Source: Microthyrium microscopicum
Taxonomy: Eukaryota
Direction of reading: 5' to 3'
Length of the DNA: 64,000 nt
NCBI GenBank assembly: GCA_010405405.1
Contig: MU004230.1
Coordinates: 1,336,627 to 1,400,626 of the forward strand
Position 1 is the first letter of the stretch. Each line of letters starts with the position of its first letter. The position numbers and the translations under genes were made by a program. Below, one piece after another: positions 25,533 through 37,641 of the stretch. Below the pieces are notes generated by a model. The model was not told the DNA's origin. It saw only the letters and a list, made by a program, of their open reading frames with translations, and searched no databases.

Positions 25533-26261
25533 TCACAGGAGTCTAGGAGTTAGCGAGAACACTGTGCACGAATGTTAGTATAAGCGGTTAGCGATAGTCT
25601 GCGCAACATACCCAAGATAGTCCTACGAAGGTGTTGTTAGTGAATATCTATAACATTGAGTGGACGTTAGCTTACCTCGTTAATGGTGGCAATACCGGTC
25701 AAGCGGTTCATGGTAGCTTTCACTCCAAGCAGTCTTACACGGACTGAGCTGCTACGTTCGATCGTCATGTCCTTGTTGTTTGTCCATTGTGGACCGGCGC
25801 CTTGGGTTTCAAAGAACATGTCCTTTGGCATATGCTATTGTTGTTTAGTAAATCTTGAAGAAATGCGATTTTAGACAGTCAGTACCTCTTGCGACACGAA
25901 GACCACCAAAGCACCGATCTCGCAAAAGAAACCAGACTCAACAAGGTTGAGAACCACACCATCGACCTAAACTTGATAAGTATTGGGTTTCCAGTTGACG
26001 TTTAGCACCTACCACTTCTCGCTTGTAAGGTTGCCAGCACAAAGCCTTCATATATGCAGTATATTCAATGTGTCCACCACCAGGTATCGTACGTCCCTCC
26101 GAAAACTTGTCATCCTCAAGAATGCAGACGATGAAGTAGTTGTCTTCGATCATGCCCTCGATCTCTGTGTGTATTCTCTTGGTCAACTCATTGTGTAGTC
26201 CAGAGCCTAGATAGCTGGCGTGTACGTAGAACACGCGCTCGAGTTCCTTGACGAAGAACAT
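25533..26261 (-). CDS. RPB7: RNA polymerase II subunit Rpb7 (divergent)
   Basis: Exons 26261-26013, 25966-25886, 25834-25676, 25622-25612 and 25542-25533 give 169 aa: MFFVKELER...EG...SEGRTIPG...WQPYKREVVDGVV...GFF...VRVRLLG...INEDYLGLL, colinear with Rpb7. Confidence 0.85.
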
Positions 26262-26847
26262 GATGGGAGAGATAAGCTCGAGAACGAGGTAGCAGGCGCG
26301 CCCTATTGGCAAAGGCGCGCGTTGGAATGCGACAGGAGTATAAGATCGCGGGGAACAATAGAGACTGGATAGAGGGGATGCGTAGGCGCTTTCTACGTTC
26401 GAAAGATACGATGTCTGTGTGGTGCGGATGGATAGAGCTAGGGTGGATGCGCGCTCAGTCGTTGAGTTGGTTGGTTTGGACGAGGTTTATGGGGAGGACT
26501 GAGAGTGAGCTGGAGCTTTGAAAGTCAAATGTTGAATGCGCTGTGCAGATGTGAAAGGCAGGCATGCGCGACGGGGGTGAAAGCTCACAAGCTAGTCCAT
26601 ATTGCCACTAGCGTCGAATTCGAGGTTCAGGTTGTGCGAGGTACTGATTTCTGATTGAGGTGAGAGCACTTGCCAATCCCGCCAGGTGCATCGAACATCC
26701 TCATGTTTAATTCCGTTGCACTTATCATTGCCTCAGGACGTATAGATACGAGCTGTTTGATCCAGAGATTGAGATTAGGTACTCAATTGGAGAAATGGAT
26801 ATAGATACTACCCTACCAATCAACGAACTGACAAAACAATCTACAAC

Positions 26848-27010
26848 TTCCTATCAACGTTGATGGCTTCCACCAACGCTACTAACCAAAACATGCTGTG
26901 TGTCTCATCGTATTCGACAATCCTCCAGAAAACAAACGCCCTCTGTGGGAAAGAAGCACTCGATAACACAGCGTGGTTGATGGTTGACGTCGCAGTCGAT
27001 GGGAACATGC
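26848..27010. repeat. Dispersed fold-back (MITE-like) element of the CTCCCATCG family
   Basis: Ends ttcctatcaac.../...gtcgatgggaa; 26956-27009 matches 42511-42564 at 42/54 nt by manual alignment. Confidence 0.65.
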
Positions 27011-27169
27011 CATTCATTTCCCATTCAGTTGGTGAATCAAAGCAGAAGCATGGATATGCATGAGAGCCTGAGCAGCAAAAATGAGTTGATAGTTCATCAA
27101 CTACCTACAGTACTTGCCATCGCATCTGTTACATAGCGAATGTTCTGATTCTCATCGTTTCCGATGATT

Positions 27170-28330
27170 TGTCCAGTTTTCAACCCGCTCGATGACGGGA
27201 TAAGACTCGTCAACAAAGCGTGACAGATGGCTCCCATCAAAGCTGATGGGAGCATGACAATTAAGCAAATTCTGAATACACGATGGGAAGCATCGTACAT
27301 GGTAACAAAGCGTAGCACTTGGTCCCCATCGAAGCTGATGGGAGCACGACTAATTTGGCTGTCGTTCGGTTTGCCGTATGCATATTTGGGTCCAGTTTTT
27401 CAACGCACTCGATCGGCGAGATAGAACTCGATAACAGAGCGAATCAGGTGGCTCCCATCGCATCTGATGGGGGTACGACTAGTTTGGCCGGTTTAGTAAG
27501 GAGGCGATTCGTCCAGTTTCCCAACGCACTCGATGGGCGAGATAGAACTCGATAAAAGAGCGAATCAGGTGGCTCCCATCGCATCTGATGGGAGTACGAC
27601 CAGTTTGGACGGTTTAGTAAGTAAGCGATTTGTCCACTTTCCCAGCGCACTCGATGGGAGACAGCGTACTCGTTCATTAACGTAGCAGCTGGCTCCCATC
27701 GAAGCTAATGGGAGTACAGCTGTTTTGGCCGNNNNNNNNNNNNNNNNNNNNNNNNNNNNNNNNNNNNNNNNNNNNNNNNNNNNNNNNNNNNNNNNNNNNN
27801 NNNNNNNNNNNNNNNNNNNNNNNNNNNNNNNNNNNNNNNNNNNNNNNNNNNNNNNNNNNNNNNNNNNNNNNNNNNNNNNNNNNNNNNNNNNNNNNNNNNN
27901 NNNNNNCACTCGATGGGAGACAGCGTACTCGATCATTAACGTAGCAGCTGGCTCCCATCGACGCTGATGGGAATACGCGAGTTATTCTGTCCTTTGGTCT
28001 GTAATTTGGCGATTTCCCCAGCGCACTCGATGGGAGACAGCGTACTCAGTAAAAAGCGTAGCAGCTGGCTCCCATCGAGTGCGCTGGGAATACACGAGTT
28101 TACTGTTTTATTTGATATGCAATTAGTCCATTTTCCCAGCGCACTCGATGGGAGACAGCGTACTCAGTAATAAATCGTAGCAGCTGGCTCCCATCAGCGT
28201 CGATGGGAATACGCGAGTTATTCTGTCTTTTGATCTGCAATTTGTCCATTGTCCCAGCGCACTCGATGGGAGACAGCGTACTCGGTAATAAAGCGTAGCA
28301 GCTGGCTCCCATCAGAGCTGATGGGAAAAA
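27170..28330. repeat. Tandem array of ~118-121-bp units, each with two oppositely oriented palindromic motifs; contains an assembly gap (N 27732-27906)
   Basis: CTCCCATC core (or 1-nt variant) at 27231, ~27323, 27452, 27573, 27693, 27952, 28069, 28188 and 28306; GCACTCGAT(G)GG in the full-length units. Confidence 0.95.
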
Positions 28331-28593
28331 CGCCGAATTTTTGTGCTTTGGTTGACATATAAAATCGGGAAGATTATATCCAACCATCGGGGAAAAGTCG
28401 GGTGATTACGGTAGGCTTGGCATGGCTTGGCACCGAGGAAAGAGCATCCAGTGCTCTGAAGGTTTTACTCTTCATCTCATCAAGCTCTATCCGCAACCTA
28501 CCTCATCCATCTCCTCTCCAATACCTCTTTATCCGTCTCAATTGCCTGCAGGGCCACTCAGTAGAGCTTCTGTAGACACTTTGAACGGTCATC

Positions 28594-30852
28594 ATGTTCC
28601 GGACCGCCCTCAGACAAACTGCCCGGGTGGCAGCTTCCTCAGGAAGCAGAATCGCCATTGTAAGTCTCAATCAAGCTCAATTGCGATTCTCAATAGCTCT
28701 ACATGTGGAAATGCGCAAAATATGGACACGTTACACCATCGATTGAGCATTTTTACGTGTGCAGAGCTCTTGCGTGGACGTGGTCAACGTTTTTTTCTCC
28801 AAAGCATAGCTCGCTAACAAAACTTTGATATAGAACCGATCTACCCCAGCCGCTCTCAATGCCATCCGCAACTACGCCTCCGAGTCCAAGGCCACGCCTA
28901 CTGAGGTGTCCTCTATCCTCGAACAACGAATTCGCGGTGTTCAGGAGGAATCCGGTCTCGCCGAGACTGGTCGAGTTCTCTCCGTCGGGTACGATTCGGC
29001 TGTTCGAAATCGCAATAAAGGTTCTCAATACTGATGCTTAAATAGTGATGGTATCGCTCGTGTTCATGGTATGAGCAATGTCCAGGCCGAAGAACTTGTC
29101 GAGTACGTTTTGAGCAATTTTTGGATCACAACTTGGACATGGATTGACCAATATCTAGGTTCGCATCCGGTGTCAAGGGCATGTGCATGAACTTGGAAGC
29201 TGGCCAAGTCGGTGTCGTGCTTTTCGGTTCTGATCGTCTTGTCAAGGAAGGCGAGACTGTCAAGCGTACTGGAGAAATTGTACGTCGAAATCCTTGTCCT
29301 CCTTTGTCTAGATACTAACATATCTAGGTCGATGTACCAGTTGGCCCAGAACTTCTAGGTCGTGTCGTCGATGCTCTCGGTAACCCCATTGATGGTAAGG
29401 GACCCATCAAGACCAAGGAAAAGCGTCGTGCTCAACTCAAGGCTCCCGGTATCCTTCCCCGTCATTCCGTCAATCAACCTGTGCAAACTGGTCTCAAGTC
29501 CGTCGATGCCATGGTTCCAATTGGCCGTGGTCAACGTGAACTTATCATCGGTGATCGTCAAACCGGAAAGACCGCTGTCGCCCTGGATGCCATGCTAAAC
29601 CAAAAGCGTTGGAACGAGGGTTCCGACGAGGTCAAGAAGCTCTACTGCATCTACGTCGCCGTTGGTCAAAAGCGATCCACTGTTGCTCAGCTCGTCAAGA
29701 CTCTTGAGGAGAACGATGCTCTCAAGTACAGCATCGTTGTTGCCGCTACTGCCTCTGAAGCCGCTCCTCTACAGTACATTGCTCCTTTCACTGGTACATC
29801 TATGGTAAGATTTCCGCGTCTTTACCCCTTCAACGCATTTCGATGAACTTCTATCGACTGCAATGTTTGCCATCAGTCTTCTTAAATAGTGACTGCGCTA
29901 TTTCCCATCGCATTTGATACTCTTGCCAGTATTTAGTGCAATCGATGGGAATCAAAGCAGTTACCATTTAAGAAGTCTTATGGAAGCCATCGTAGTTGAT
30001 GGGGCACATCACCCAATTAGCTCGCCTATTTTGACACCGCCTTGTATGAATGATCCTTTGCTAATCAAAAAATTTAAGGGGGAGTGGTTCCGCGACAATG
30101 GAAAACACGCCCTTATCATCTACGACGATTTGTCCAAGCAGGCCGTCGCTTACCGTCAAATGTCTCTCTTGCTTCGTCGCCCTCCTGGACGTGAGGCCTA
30201 CCCCGGTGATGTCTTCTACCTACATTCCCGTCTTCTAGAACGATCTGCCAAGATGAACGACACACACGGTGGTGGATCTCTCACTGCTCTCCCAATCATC
30301 GAAACCCAAGGTGGTGATGTGTCTGCTTATATCCCCACAAACGTCATTTCCATCACTGATGGTCAGATTTTCTTGGAAGCCGATCTCTTCTACAAGGGTA
30401 TCCGACCTGCCATCAACGTCGGTCTCTCTGTGTCCCGTGTCGGTTCTGCTGCCCAGCTCAAGGCCATGAAGCAAGTCGCTGGTTCATTGAAGCTCTTCTT
30501 GGCCCAATATCGTGAAGTCGCTGCTTTCGCTCAGTTCGGTTCCGATTTGGATGCTTCCACCAAGCAAACTCTTAGCCGTGGTGAACGTCTTACCGAACTC
30601 CTCAAGCAAAAGCAATATTCACCAATGGCTGTCAACGAGATGGTTCCTCTTATCTTTGCTGGTGTCAACGGTTACCTCGATAGCGTGCCTGTCGCCAAGG
30701 TTGGCCAATGGGAGGCTGACTTCGTCGCTCATCTCAAGTCAAGCGAGTCGGAAGTTCTCTCACAAATCGAAAAGGAGGGTGCTTTGAGCAAAGAGTTGGA
30801 AGGCAAACTCAAGGACATTGTACAGTCATTCACCAAGAGCTTCGTGGGTTAG
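28594..30852 (+). CDS. ATP1: Mitochondrial F1 ATP synthase alpha subunit
   Basis: Presequence [16 protein letters not shown] and [23 protein letters not shown] motifs; introns 28660-28833, 28989-29045, 29103-29158, 29280-29327 and 29805-30078. Confidence 0.97.
29842..30010. repeat. Long fold-back element (CCCATCG family) inside ATP1 intron 5
   Basis: ~75-bp imperfect stem, e.g. cttcttaaatagtgactgc/gcagttaccatttaagaag and ttcccatcg/cgatgggaa. Confidence 0.85.
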
Positions 30853-31187
30853 AAAGTGTGATAGTGAAGTGTACGTAGGTCCGGCGAATATTGAAATCGG
30901 TCTTGTTTCAGTGCTGATTGTCAATGTAGATGTATAATACAGGTAGATCTCCGTGGCAAAACGTGTGTTTGAGAGCAGTGATGGTGAGAAAAAGGGGATT
31001 CAGCGTGTTTTCTTTTACCAGCGGCTTCTTCTGAGGCAGAGTGATATCCCGCTTTTCCTTTTCGGGTGCTACACTTTGTCTGGATCTCTAGACAGGCTCT
31101 GCTCTTGGGGCATAAAACTCAGCTTTGTACTTAGTTGAATTGCAGTTCTTTTGTTGATACATTTTGCAACCTCTGCTTCCAACATAT

Positions 31188-31362
31188 GCGTGCTCCCATC
31201 TACTTTACTAATTGTCATGAGCTTCTTGAACGAGAAGTTGCTTTCTTTGCCATCGAATCTCTGGCTTCAATGGGTCAACGAGTGATCTAGTGCAATGGTA
31301 GATTGAGCGCAATCTCTTCATGAAAGTGGGTGGCAGCCATCTTAGTTTATGGGAGCTAGCTA
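31188..31362. repeat. Dispersed fold-back (MITE-like) element between ATP1 and the ERG26-like gene
   Basis: Terminal inverted repeats gcgtgctcccatctact / agtttatgggagctagc. Confidence 0.7.
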
Positions 31363-31597
31363 TTTACTTTGTTCATTCCTCTAGCTTGGTTTCCAGTCAA
31401 TGGGGCAAAGATATTTGAATTACGAGGTCGTGATACTTCAGAAAAAAGGTTGCAAAGCGAAATAACTGTCAAAACCGAGGTCTGTGCTCAATACTTCTTG
31501 ACTTTGAAGACCTTCTTCAAGCTCAAGCCAACACTGATGCAACTACCATCTCTTATCTTCTCCTTCATCAAGATCAACATTCATTCTCCGCGACATC

Positions 31598-32774
31598 ATG
31601 GCACCAAATAACAAGACTCTTGGCCATGTAGCCATTATCGGCGGTTGCGGATTCGTCGGTTTCAACATTGTCAACCTCATCTTAGAACGTTACCCTGAAT
31701 CCAAGATCGCAGTCCTCGACGTCCGAACAGATGTCAATCGGCTTGACAATTCCAGTGTTTCCTACAACCAATGCGATATCACAGACTTTTCAGCCCTGAA
31801 GGAGCTGTTCGGCAAGCTCAAGCTTGACACTGTCATCCATACTGCTGCATTAATACCTATGGCCGACTCGGCAAACTCAAGGAAAATTAGCTACAAAGTT
31901 AACGTGGACGGTACCAAAAACCTTTTGGCAGTCTCCCAAGAGACTGGAGTCAAGGCATTTGTTTTCACAAGCTCCTCAAGCGTGGTTGTGGGCGATGTAT
32001 GGGAAGTGATAAATGCTGATGAGAGCTGGCCGGTGCTGGTTGGCAAAGACCAACCAGAATATTACTCGACGACAAAGGTATTTGTCCCTTCGCTTGTTGA
32101 AGTATTCTTAAGGCCTAACCAATAACTAGGCTATGGCTGAAATTGCTGTCCTCGAGGCCAATCGCTCCTCATCTTCCTCCCTTCTCACCTGCGCCCTCCG
32201 ACCCGCCGGCATATTCGGCGATCATGACAACACCAGCCTTCTCCGTACCCTACAAATTCGTGGCGCCAAAATGTGCTTCCAGATCGGCAACGGCGAAAAC
32301 CTCTTTGATTTTACATATGTCAAGAACGTTGCTCATGCTCACCTACTCGCAGCCGAGGCGCTTCTCCAGACACATACGCTCGGCATCACGCCGCTAGACT
32401 CGGAACGAGTTGACGGAGAAGCATTCTTCATCACAAATGGGGAACCAGTCTATTTCTGGGACTTCATCAGGCGGATCTGGATTCTAAGAGGCATGCCAGA
32501 GGACAAAACATTTGACCTCAGCAAAGTATGGGTAATCTCCATCACGGTGGGCATGTTCTTCGCGACGCTTTCGGAACTTATTATGGGACTGCTGGGCAGG
32601 ACTGCGAATTTCAATCGGCTTTCCATCAAGGCGAGTGCGATGACTCGGTATTTCAATATCGATAAGGCGCGAATGCGGCTCAAGTATGAGCCGCTTTTTG
32701 GCTTGGACGAGGGTGTACAGCGAGGTGTGCGGCAGATGGTCAGTCAAGAGTCTACTTCCGAGAAGAAAGGTTGA
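31598..32774 (+). CDS. 3-beta-hydroxysteroid dehydrogenase / C-3 sterol dehydrogenase (Erg26-like)
   Basis: GGCGFVG, VIHTAA, YSTTK, LRPAGIFG and NLFDFTYVKNVAHAH motifs; intron 32078-32129. Confidence 0.85.
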
Positions 32775-32984
32775 GGAAGAGTGTGAGTTGCTTTGCTGTG
32801 TATAAATGTAAATAATAGTAATTACTCAATATGTACCGAATTAGGACAATCTTCAGGCTTGCTGATGGCTTAAATGCACTAGAAGGTCACGCTGGAGGAT
32901 TCGTGCAACGAGGACTCCACTAGTTCTCGGCCAGCCATCACACGACATACGTCGAGCTGGTGGGCAATTGTTATTCGATTTTAT

Positions 32985-33254
32985 CTATTTCTTCTCCGAA
33001 TCATCCGCGTCCTCGATTCTTCCCTGTTCCTGAGACTCGCCAGGGATGAGCTTGCCTCGAGAATCCATATGAAGCGTCTCTTCCGTTGGATCTTGGCCAG
33101 GCTGCTGAGAGCTTCGATGGACTGTAGTGCCCCGTGCATCAGTTGAGGTGCTCTGAGTAGACTTCCATGTCTGAGGAGCTTCGTCGTTGCGGGAGGATGT
33201 GAAGGTGGAGCTGCTGAAGCTCTTGGAAGTGAAGTTAGACTGCTGGTTCGACAT
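32985..33254 (-). CDS. Small hydrophilic hypothetical protein (~89 aa)
   Basis: ATG 33254; upstream TATATAAA (minus strand 33359-33366) and TGACGTCA (33378-33385). Confidence 0.6.
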   Translation of the reverse strand: MSNQQSNFTSKSFSSSTFTSSRNDEAPQTWKSTQSTSTDARGTTVHRSSQQPGQDPTEETLHMDSRGKLIPGESQEQGRIEDADDSEKK

Positions 33255-33750
33255 GATGATAGTAGTGGAGTTTGTCTTATTGAGTTTGTAGTGATTTGAT
33301 AGATCTTGTTTGATGAATCTTGTTCTTGGAGATGCTGCGAACTTCATCTCATTATTCGTTTATATACGATCTCACCGTGACGTCATGGCTCTGTTTGAGT
33401 AACGATGACCGTGTTTTTGACACCATCAATATTGAAAGCCCTCGAAGCACAGAAAATCGAAACAATACTGTCTTACACAACCATAAAGTTCAAATGTAAA
33501 GGTGGTGAAGTATGTTGGTTGTTAGCTCTCAACACCAGAAAAGAGGCGCTAAGTGACTGCTGGATGCATAGCAAAAACTTCCGTCTTCCGCATAGTTAGG
33601 TTTGGCCGCTGGTATTTTTCGAGCATAGGAAAAGCTCGCTTATTCTTATAAGTTTCCACTCCTAAGTGTAATAAATGGAACTGCTTCCTGAACAGGGGCA
33701 GAATGGACAAACGATTAGACTCGACTGGAGGTTGAAGGGGCCACGGGACC

Positions 33751-33786
33751 ACGCGTCAAAGCGCGACTAAATCACCCCGCGCGTCG
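33751..33786 (+). promoter_or_regulatory. MCB-like ACGCGT/CGCG cluster upstream of PSO2
   Basis: acgcgt at 33751 plus gcgcga and cgcgcgt within 35 bp, ~100 bp before the ATG; MCB elements are typical of G1/S DNA-repair genes. Confidence 0.45.
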
Positions 33787-33860
33787 TGAATGACACTTAT
33801 ATTCTTCTGGTGCTTCTCTTGACCTTTCCTCCAGCTCCATGCAAGGCTATCAACGATAAA

Positions 33861-36227
33861 ATGGTAGCCAGAAAGTCCGCCAACGCTACACCAAAAGCAA
33901 AAATACCCAACGCCAGCATTCTCAGCTTCTTCAAGAAAGAGCCCGTCGAGGAGCCTTTCTTCGTCCCTTCCAGATCCAGCCCCATCGTATTGGCAGCCAG
34001 TCAGGATACCTCGGATATATGGGAGAACAGCGTTTCAAAAAGACGGAAGATCAGTTTCGAGGGCACAAAAGCGAATCCCATAGCGATCGATATCGTCAAC
34101 GGAGAATGTACGCCACCTCCTCCAGAGCCAACCAAGTCGAGTGGCCAAAGTCGTGGCTCAAGAAAGAAGAGCGATGACAGCGCCCATGCCACGAGAAATG
34201 TACAAAACCCATTCGAGGATGACTCAGATAGTGAAAACGAGGCGGAAACAAGCGACTCTACACCTATTACACCAACTGATTCCCAGCCTTTAACAAGCAC
34301 TGCTGGTCCTTATGGAACACTCACCAAGGATACTCTATCCATCAATCCAAACGTCAAAGCGCCGGCCGATCTCGAAGACATGGATCAAAATGACGCAGAA
34401 AATATTCCAAGCAGCGGTGATTTCGAGGATTTCGAAGGAATTGGGGATTTAGAAGAGGACTCGGTCCCTGAAGAGCAGATGGAAAACGATGAATGGATGG
34501 AGCGACAGAAGTTCCTGGAACTCGAAGTACAAGAGAGCGTATCATGTCCAATATGCAACAAGTCCCTGGCTGATCTCACTGAGGATGCCATCGGTTTTCA
34601 TGTGAACGAATGTCTCGATCACCACGCCGCGCTAGAGGTCCAACAGGAACAGGACAGAGAAAGCCCCGAGATAAAAATGGAACAAGATAGAAAAAGCCCC
34701 GAGGTGAAAATGGAACCGGAAACCAAAAACCAAGATATTCGAAAGAGAATGTTTGTGCCTAGACCTGCGAAACCAGGCCAGAAAGATCCGCTGACCTCAA
34801 CCCCCTCGATCGTTGATGCTTCCGCCTTCTCTAAATTGATGTCAAAGAACGCTGAAGATACTGCCTGGAAGACAGCCGCAGCCAGAGAAGTAGCATCACG
34901 AGGAAAACAGGCTTATGAGAGAACATGTCCATTCTACAAAATCATGCCAGGAACGCCTATAACTGTGGACGCTTTTCGTTACGGGGCCGTGGAGGGCTGT
35001 CAAGCTTATTTCTTGTCGCATTTTCATTCAGATCATTACATCGGACTAACAGGACGATGGTGCCACGGTCCAATCTATTGTAGCAAAGTCACTGCAAATC
35101 TAGTCCTCCAGCAACTCAAAGTCGACCCCAAGTGGGTCGTAGCATTGGACTGGGAGAAGGAGACTGCAGTCCCAAACACTGGTGTCAACGTCACCATGAT
35201 TTCTGCCAATCACTGCCCGGGAAGTTCACTATTCTTATTTGAACGACCATTGGGAAATGCGAATTCTGGAAAGAAGCACCGTATTCTCCACTGCGGTGAT
35301 TTCAGAGCATGCAGAGAGCACCTCGAACATCCCTTACTTAGACCAAATGTACAGGACGCAATAACCGGCCAGTCAAGACAGCAAAGAATAGATGTATGCT
35401 ACCTCGATACAACATATCTCAATCCCAAATATGCATTTCCGAGCCAGGTCAATGTTATTCAGGCATGCCAGGAAATGGTCACGAAATTGAACAAAACTGG
35501 TCCACTGGACAGTACTTCCGGAAATGCCGATAACCAGATGAAATCGTTCATAAAGTCAGGTTCTAAGAAGGGAAATACAAAGTCAGACTCCGAGTCGATA
35601 AGTGAAAACAAGCCACCTCGTTTGCTTGTAGTTGTCGGTACCTACAGCATTGGCAAGGAACGAATATGTATCGGTATCGCGAAAGCTCTCAAATCCAAGA
35701 TATTCGCTCCCCCAGCTAAGATGCGAATATGTTCCTGCCTGGAAGATCCCGAGTTGAATGATCTTCTCACATCAGATCCCCGAAAAGCTCAGGTCCATAT
35801 GACGCCAGTCTTCGAGATTCGAGCCGAGACTCTTGACGAATACCTGTGCGGTTATCTTGATACGTTCACCCATGTTGTTGGTTTCCGACCCACTGGCTGG
35901 ACATATCGTCCCCCAAATTCTCGGTTTATTGAAAGTCCTGCTGTCTCCACCGTACTCAATGGAGAAAATTGGGGTAATGGCTACGGCATCAAAGATATGG
36001 CTCCTCAGCGTGGAAGCACAAAGCGCGCAACGTGCTTTGGGGTGCCGTATTCTGAGCATAGTAGCTTTCGTGAGCTTACGATGTTCTGCTGTGCTCTTCG
36101 AATCGATAAAATTGTGCCCACCGTAAACGTTGGCAGTGCTAAGAGTAGGGAAAAGATGCGAACTTGGGTGGAGCGATGGAGCATAGAGAGGAAGAAAAAT
36201 GGGCTATTTGACCCGAAGCACTTTTGA
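33861..36227 (+). CDS. PSO2: DNA interstrand cross-link repair nuclease Pso2/Snm1 (MBL beta-CASP with UBZ zinc finger)
   Basis: CPIC..HVNECLD UBZ; FLSHFHSDHY, ANHCPG, HCGDFR, YLDTTY and PYSEHSS motifs. Confidence 0.93.
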   Translation: MVARKSANATPKAKIPNASILSFFKKEPVEEPFFVPSRSSPIVLAASQDTSDIWENSVSKRRKISFEGTKANPIAIDIVNGECTPPPPEPTKSSGQSRGSRKKSDDSAHATRNVQNPFEDDSDSENEAETSDSTPITPTDSQPLTSTAGPYGTLTKDTLSINPNVKAPADLEDMDQNDAENIPSSGDFEDFEGIGDLEEDSVPEEQMENDEWMERQKFLELEVQESVSCPICNKSLADLTEDAIGFHVNECLDHHAALEVQQEQDRESPEIKMEQDRKSPEVKMEPETKNQDIRKRMFVPRPAKPGQKDPLTSTPSIVDASAFSKLMSKNAEDTAWKTAAAREVASRGKQAYERTCPFYKIMPGTPITVDAFRYGAVEGCQAYFLSHFHSDHYIGLTGRWCHGPIYCSKVTANLVLQQLKVDPKWVVALDWEKETAVPNTGVNVTMISANHCPGSSLFLFERPLGNANSGKKHRILHCGDFRACREHLEHPLLRPNVQDAITGQSRQQRIDVCYLDTTYLNPKYAFPSQVNVIQACQEMVTKLNKTGPLDSTSGNADNQMKSFIKSGSKKGNTKSDSESISENKPPRLLVVVGTYSIGKERICIGIAKALKSKIFAPPAKMRICSCLEDPELNDLLTSDPRKAQVHMTPVFEIRAETLDEYLCGYLDTFTHVVGFRPTGWTYRPPNSRFIESPAVSTVLNGENWGNGYGIKDMAPQRGSTKRATCFGVPYSEHSSFRELTMFCCALRIDKIVPTVNVGSAKSREKMRTWVERWSIERKKNGLFDPKHF

Positions 36228-36286
36228 TCGGTTCATATATACATCATTAAAACAGCTCTCAGCATAGATCAATATGCACTCGTTGC

Positions 36287-37245
36287 TCACAACTTGCTCA
36301 CACTTCCCTCGCCAGCGTAGACGAAGTACCATTTCACGCCGCACAGGTTAATCCATCCATCTCCGCATAGTCCCTCTTCACTTGCTCGCTTTAAGATGCC
36401 CTCAAAGTCCTTCTTTCCTTCCACGGTGATAGTCACACTCTCCAGACCCTCTCGTCGGCCTTTCTCACCCGGCAGGAACTCCATAGTCGCATTCGTAAAC
36501 ACCGACGTTGTGCCCACCAGCGGAACCCCAAAGATATCTCTCCACCCCTTGACTGCTCCCAAAATATCGTCATCACCCTCCTTCAGCCGAAACGTAACCT
36601 TTGCAATCTTCATATGTGCCGTCCGTCTCATCTCCTTCGAATAAACTCCAAAATCTCCCGGAAACCCATGCCACGGACTAACAGCCGTATCCAACATCTC
36701 CGGAAACTCTTTGCTTGGCCACATTGTGTCCAATTCCGGCATCACATTGCCTTTGACCACTCGTGGATCATACTGGGACGCGAAGCTTGTTTCTTTGTCT
36801 CCGTTCGTCCATAGTATGCGACCTAGTTCTGCAGCTTCGATGGCTTTGCGTCGCTTTAGTGCGTCGCGGGTCTGGAGAATGAGCATATAGCCGGCGCAGT
36901 CGGCTTGGAGTTTGGTGAGAAAGCGAGCGCCTGAGGCGTCGGGACGGGTGGGCCAGACGAGTTCGATGAAGTCGCCGCCGATGGGGACGACGGCGTTCAT
37001 GAGGCCCCAATTTTCCATTTTACCGTTGTCGAAAACGAGGCTTGTGTTGAGGACTTTGGTCTGGGGATTGTTAGTGTTGTGATTCGTAAAAACGATGAGG
37101 AGTTCGATTGTACTGCCTTTCGTATCTACTTCAAGAAACTATAACTTACCAGTAAGAACCTATCGCGATCTGGATATCTGGTCACGAAGCACAATTGTCT
37201 GAGCCTCGTTGGCTTCGGCGGCCCCGTGGGCCAATTTTCTGACAT
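36287..37245 (-). CDS. Glyoxalase/VOC-like hypothetical protein
   Basis: ATG 37245; intron 37061-37149; RLRQ.., WGLMNAVVPIGGDFIELVWP and GYMLILQ motifs. Confidence 0.65.
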
Positions 37246-37641
37246 TTTTCTGACAATGCGTTATTTCTTAGCTCCTGTCGATTCAAGGGACAGATCGCCA
37301 ATGAATATAGAAGCTTCTCGTTTCTTAATCTCCGCATCGAACATGAAGTCAGTGTCATGAAGGCATATCATTGGGTCAAACTTCCTCGGCCCACCCCGCA
37401 GCCTTGTCAATCCGGGGTAGACAAGGCTGAACCTTGTTCACAGCATTCACATTTTAAGGTTGAACAGAAAACAAAACATTATATCTTTGAATTCAACCCA
37501 AATCTTATATACTCTCTCATCACCAACCTTGACATCAATTTGAAATCGTACACTATATATTACGAAGCGAAGGTGAGAAAACCTTTCCTTCAGTTGGACA
37601 TCTTCCCAATGACCATGATACCCATATCCATTTTAACTCAA

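Noticed and set aside
27170..28330. CRISPR array
   Set aside because: The linkers are homologous to each other rather than unique spacers, the repeats alternate in orientation, there are no cas genes, and the host is a fungus.
27319..28387. ORFs across the repeat array and N gap
   Set aside because: They are translations of non-coding repeats and Ns.
34645..34715. 33-nt tandem duplication in PSO2 (EQDR.SPE.KM x2)
   Set aside because: Real, but an ordinary duplication in a disordered linker.
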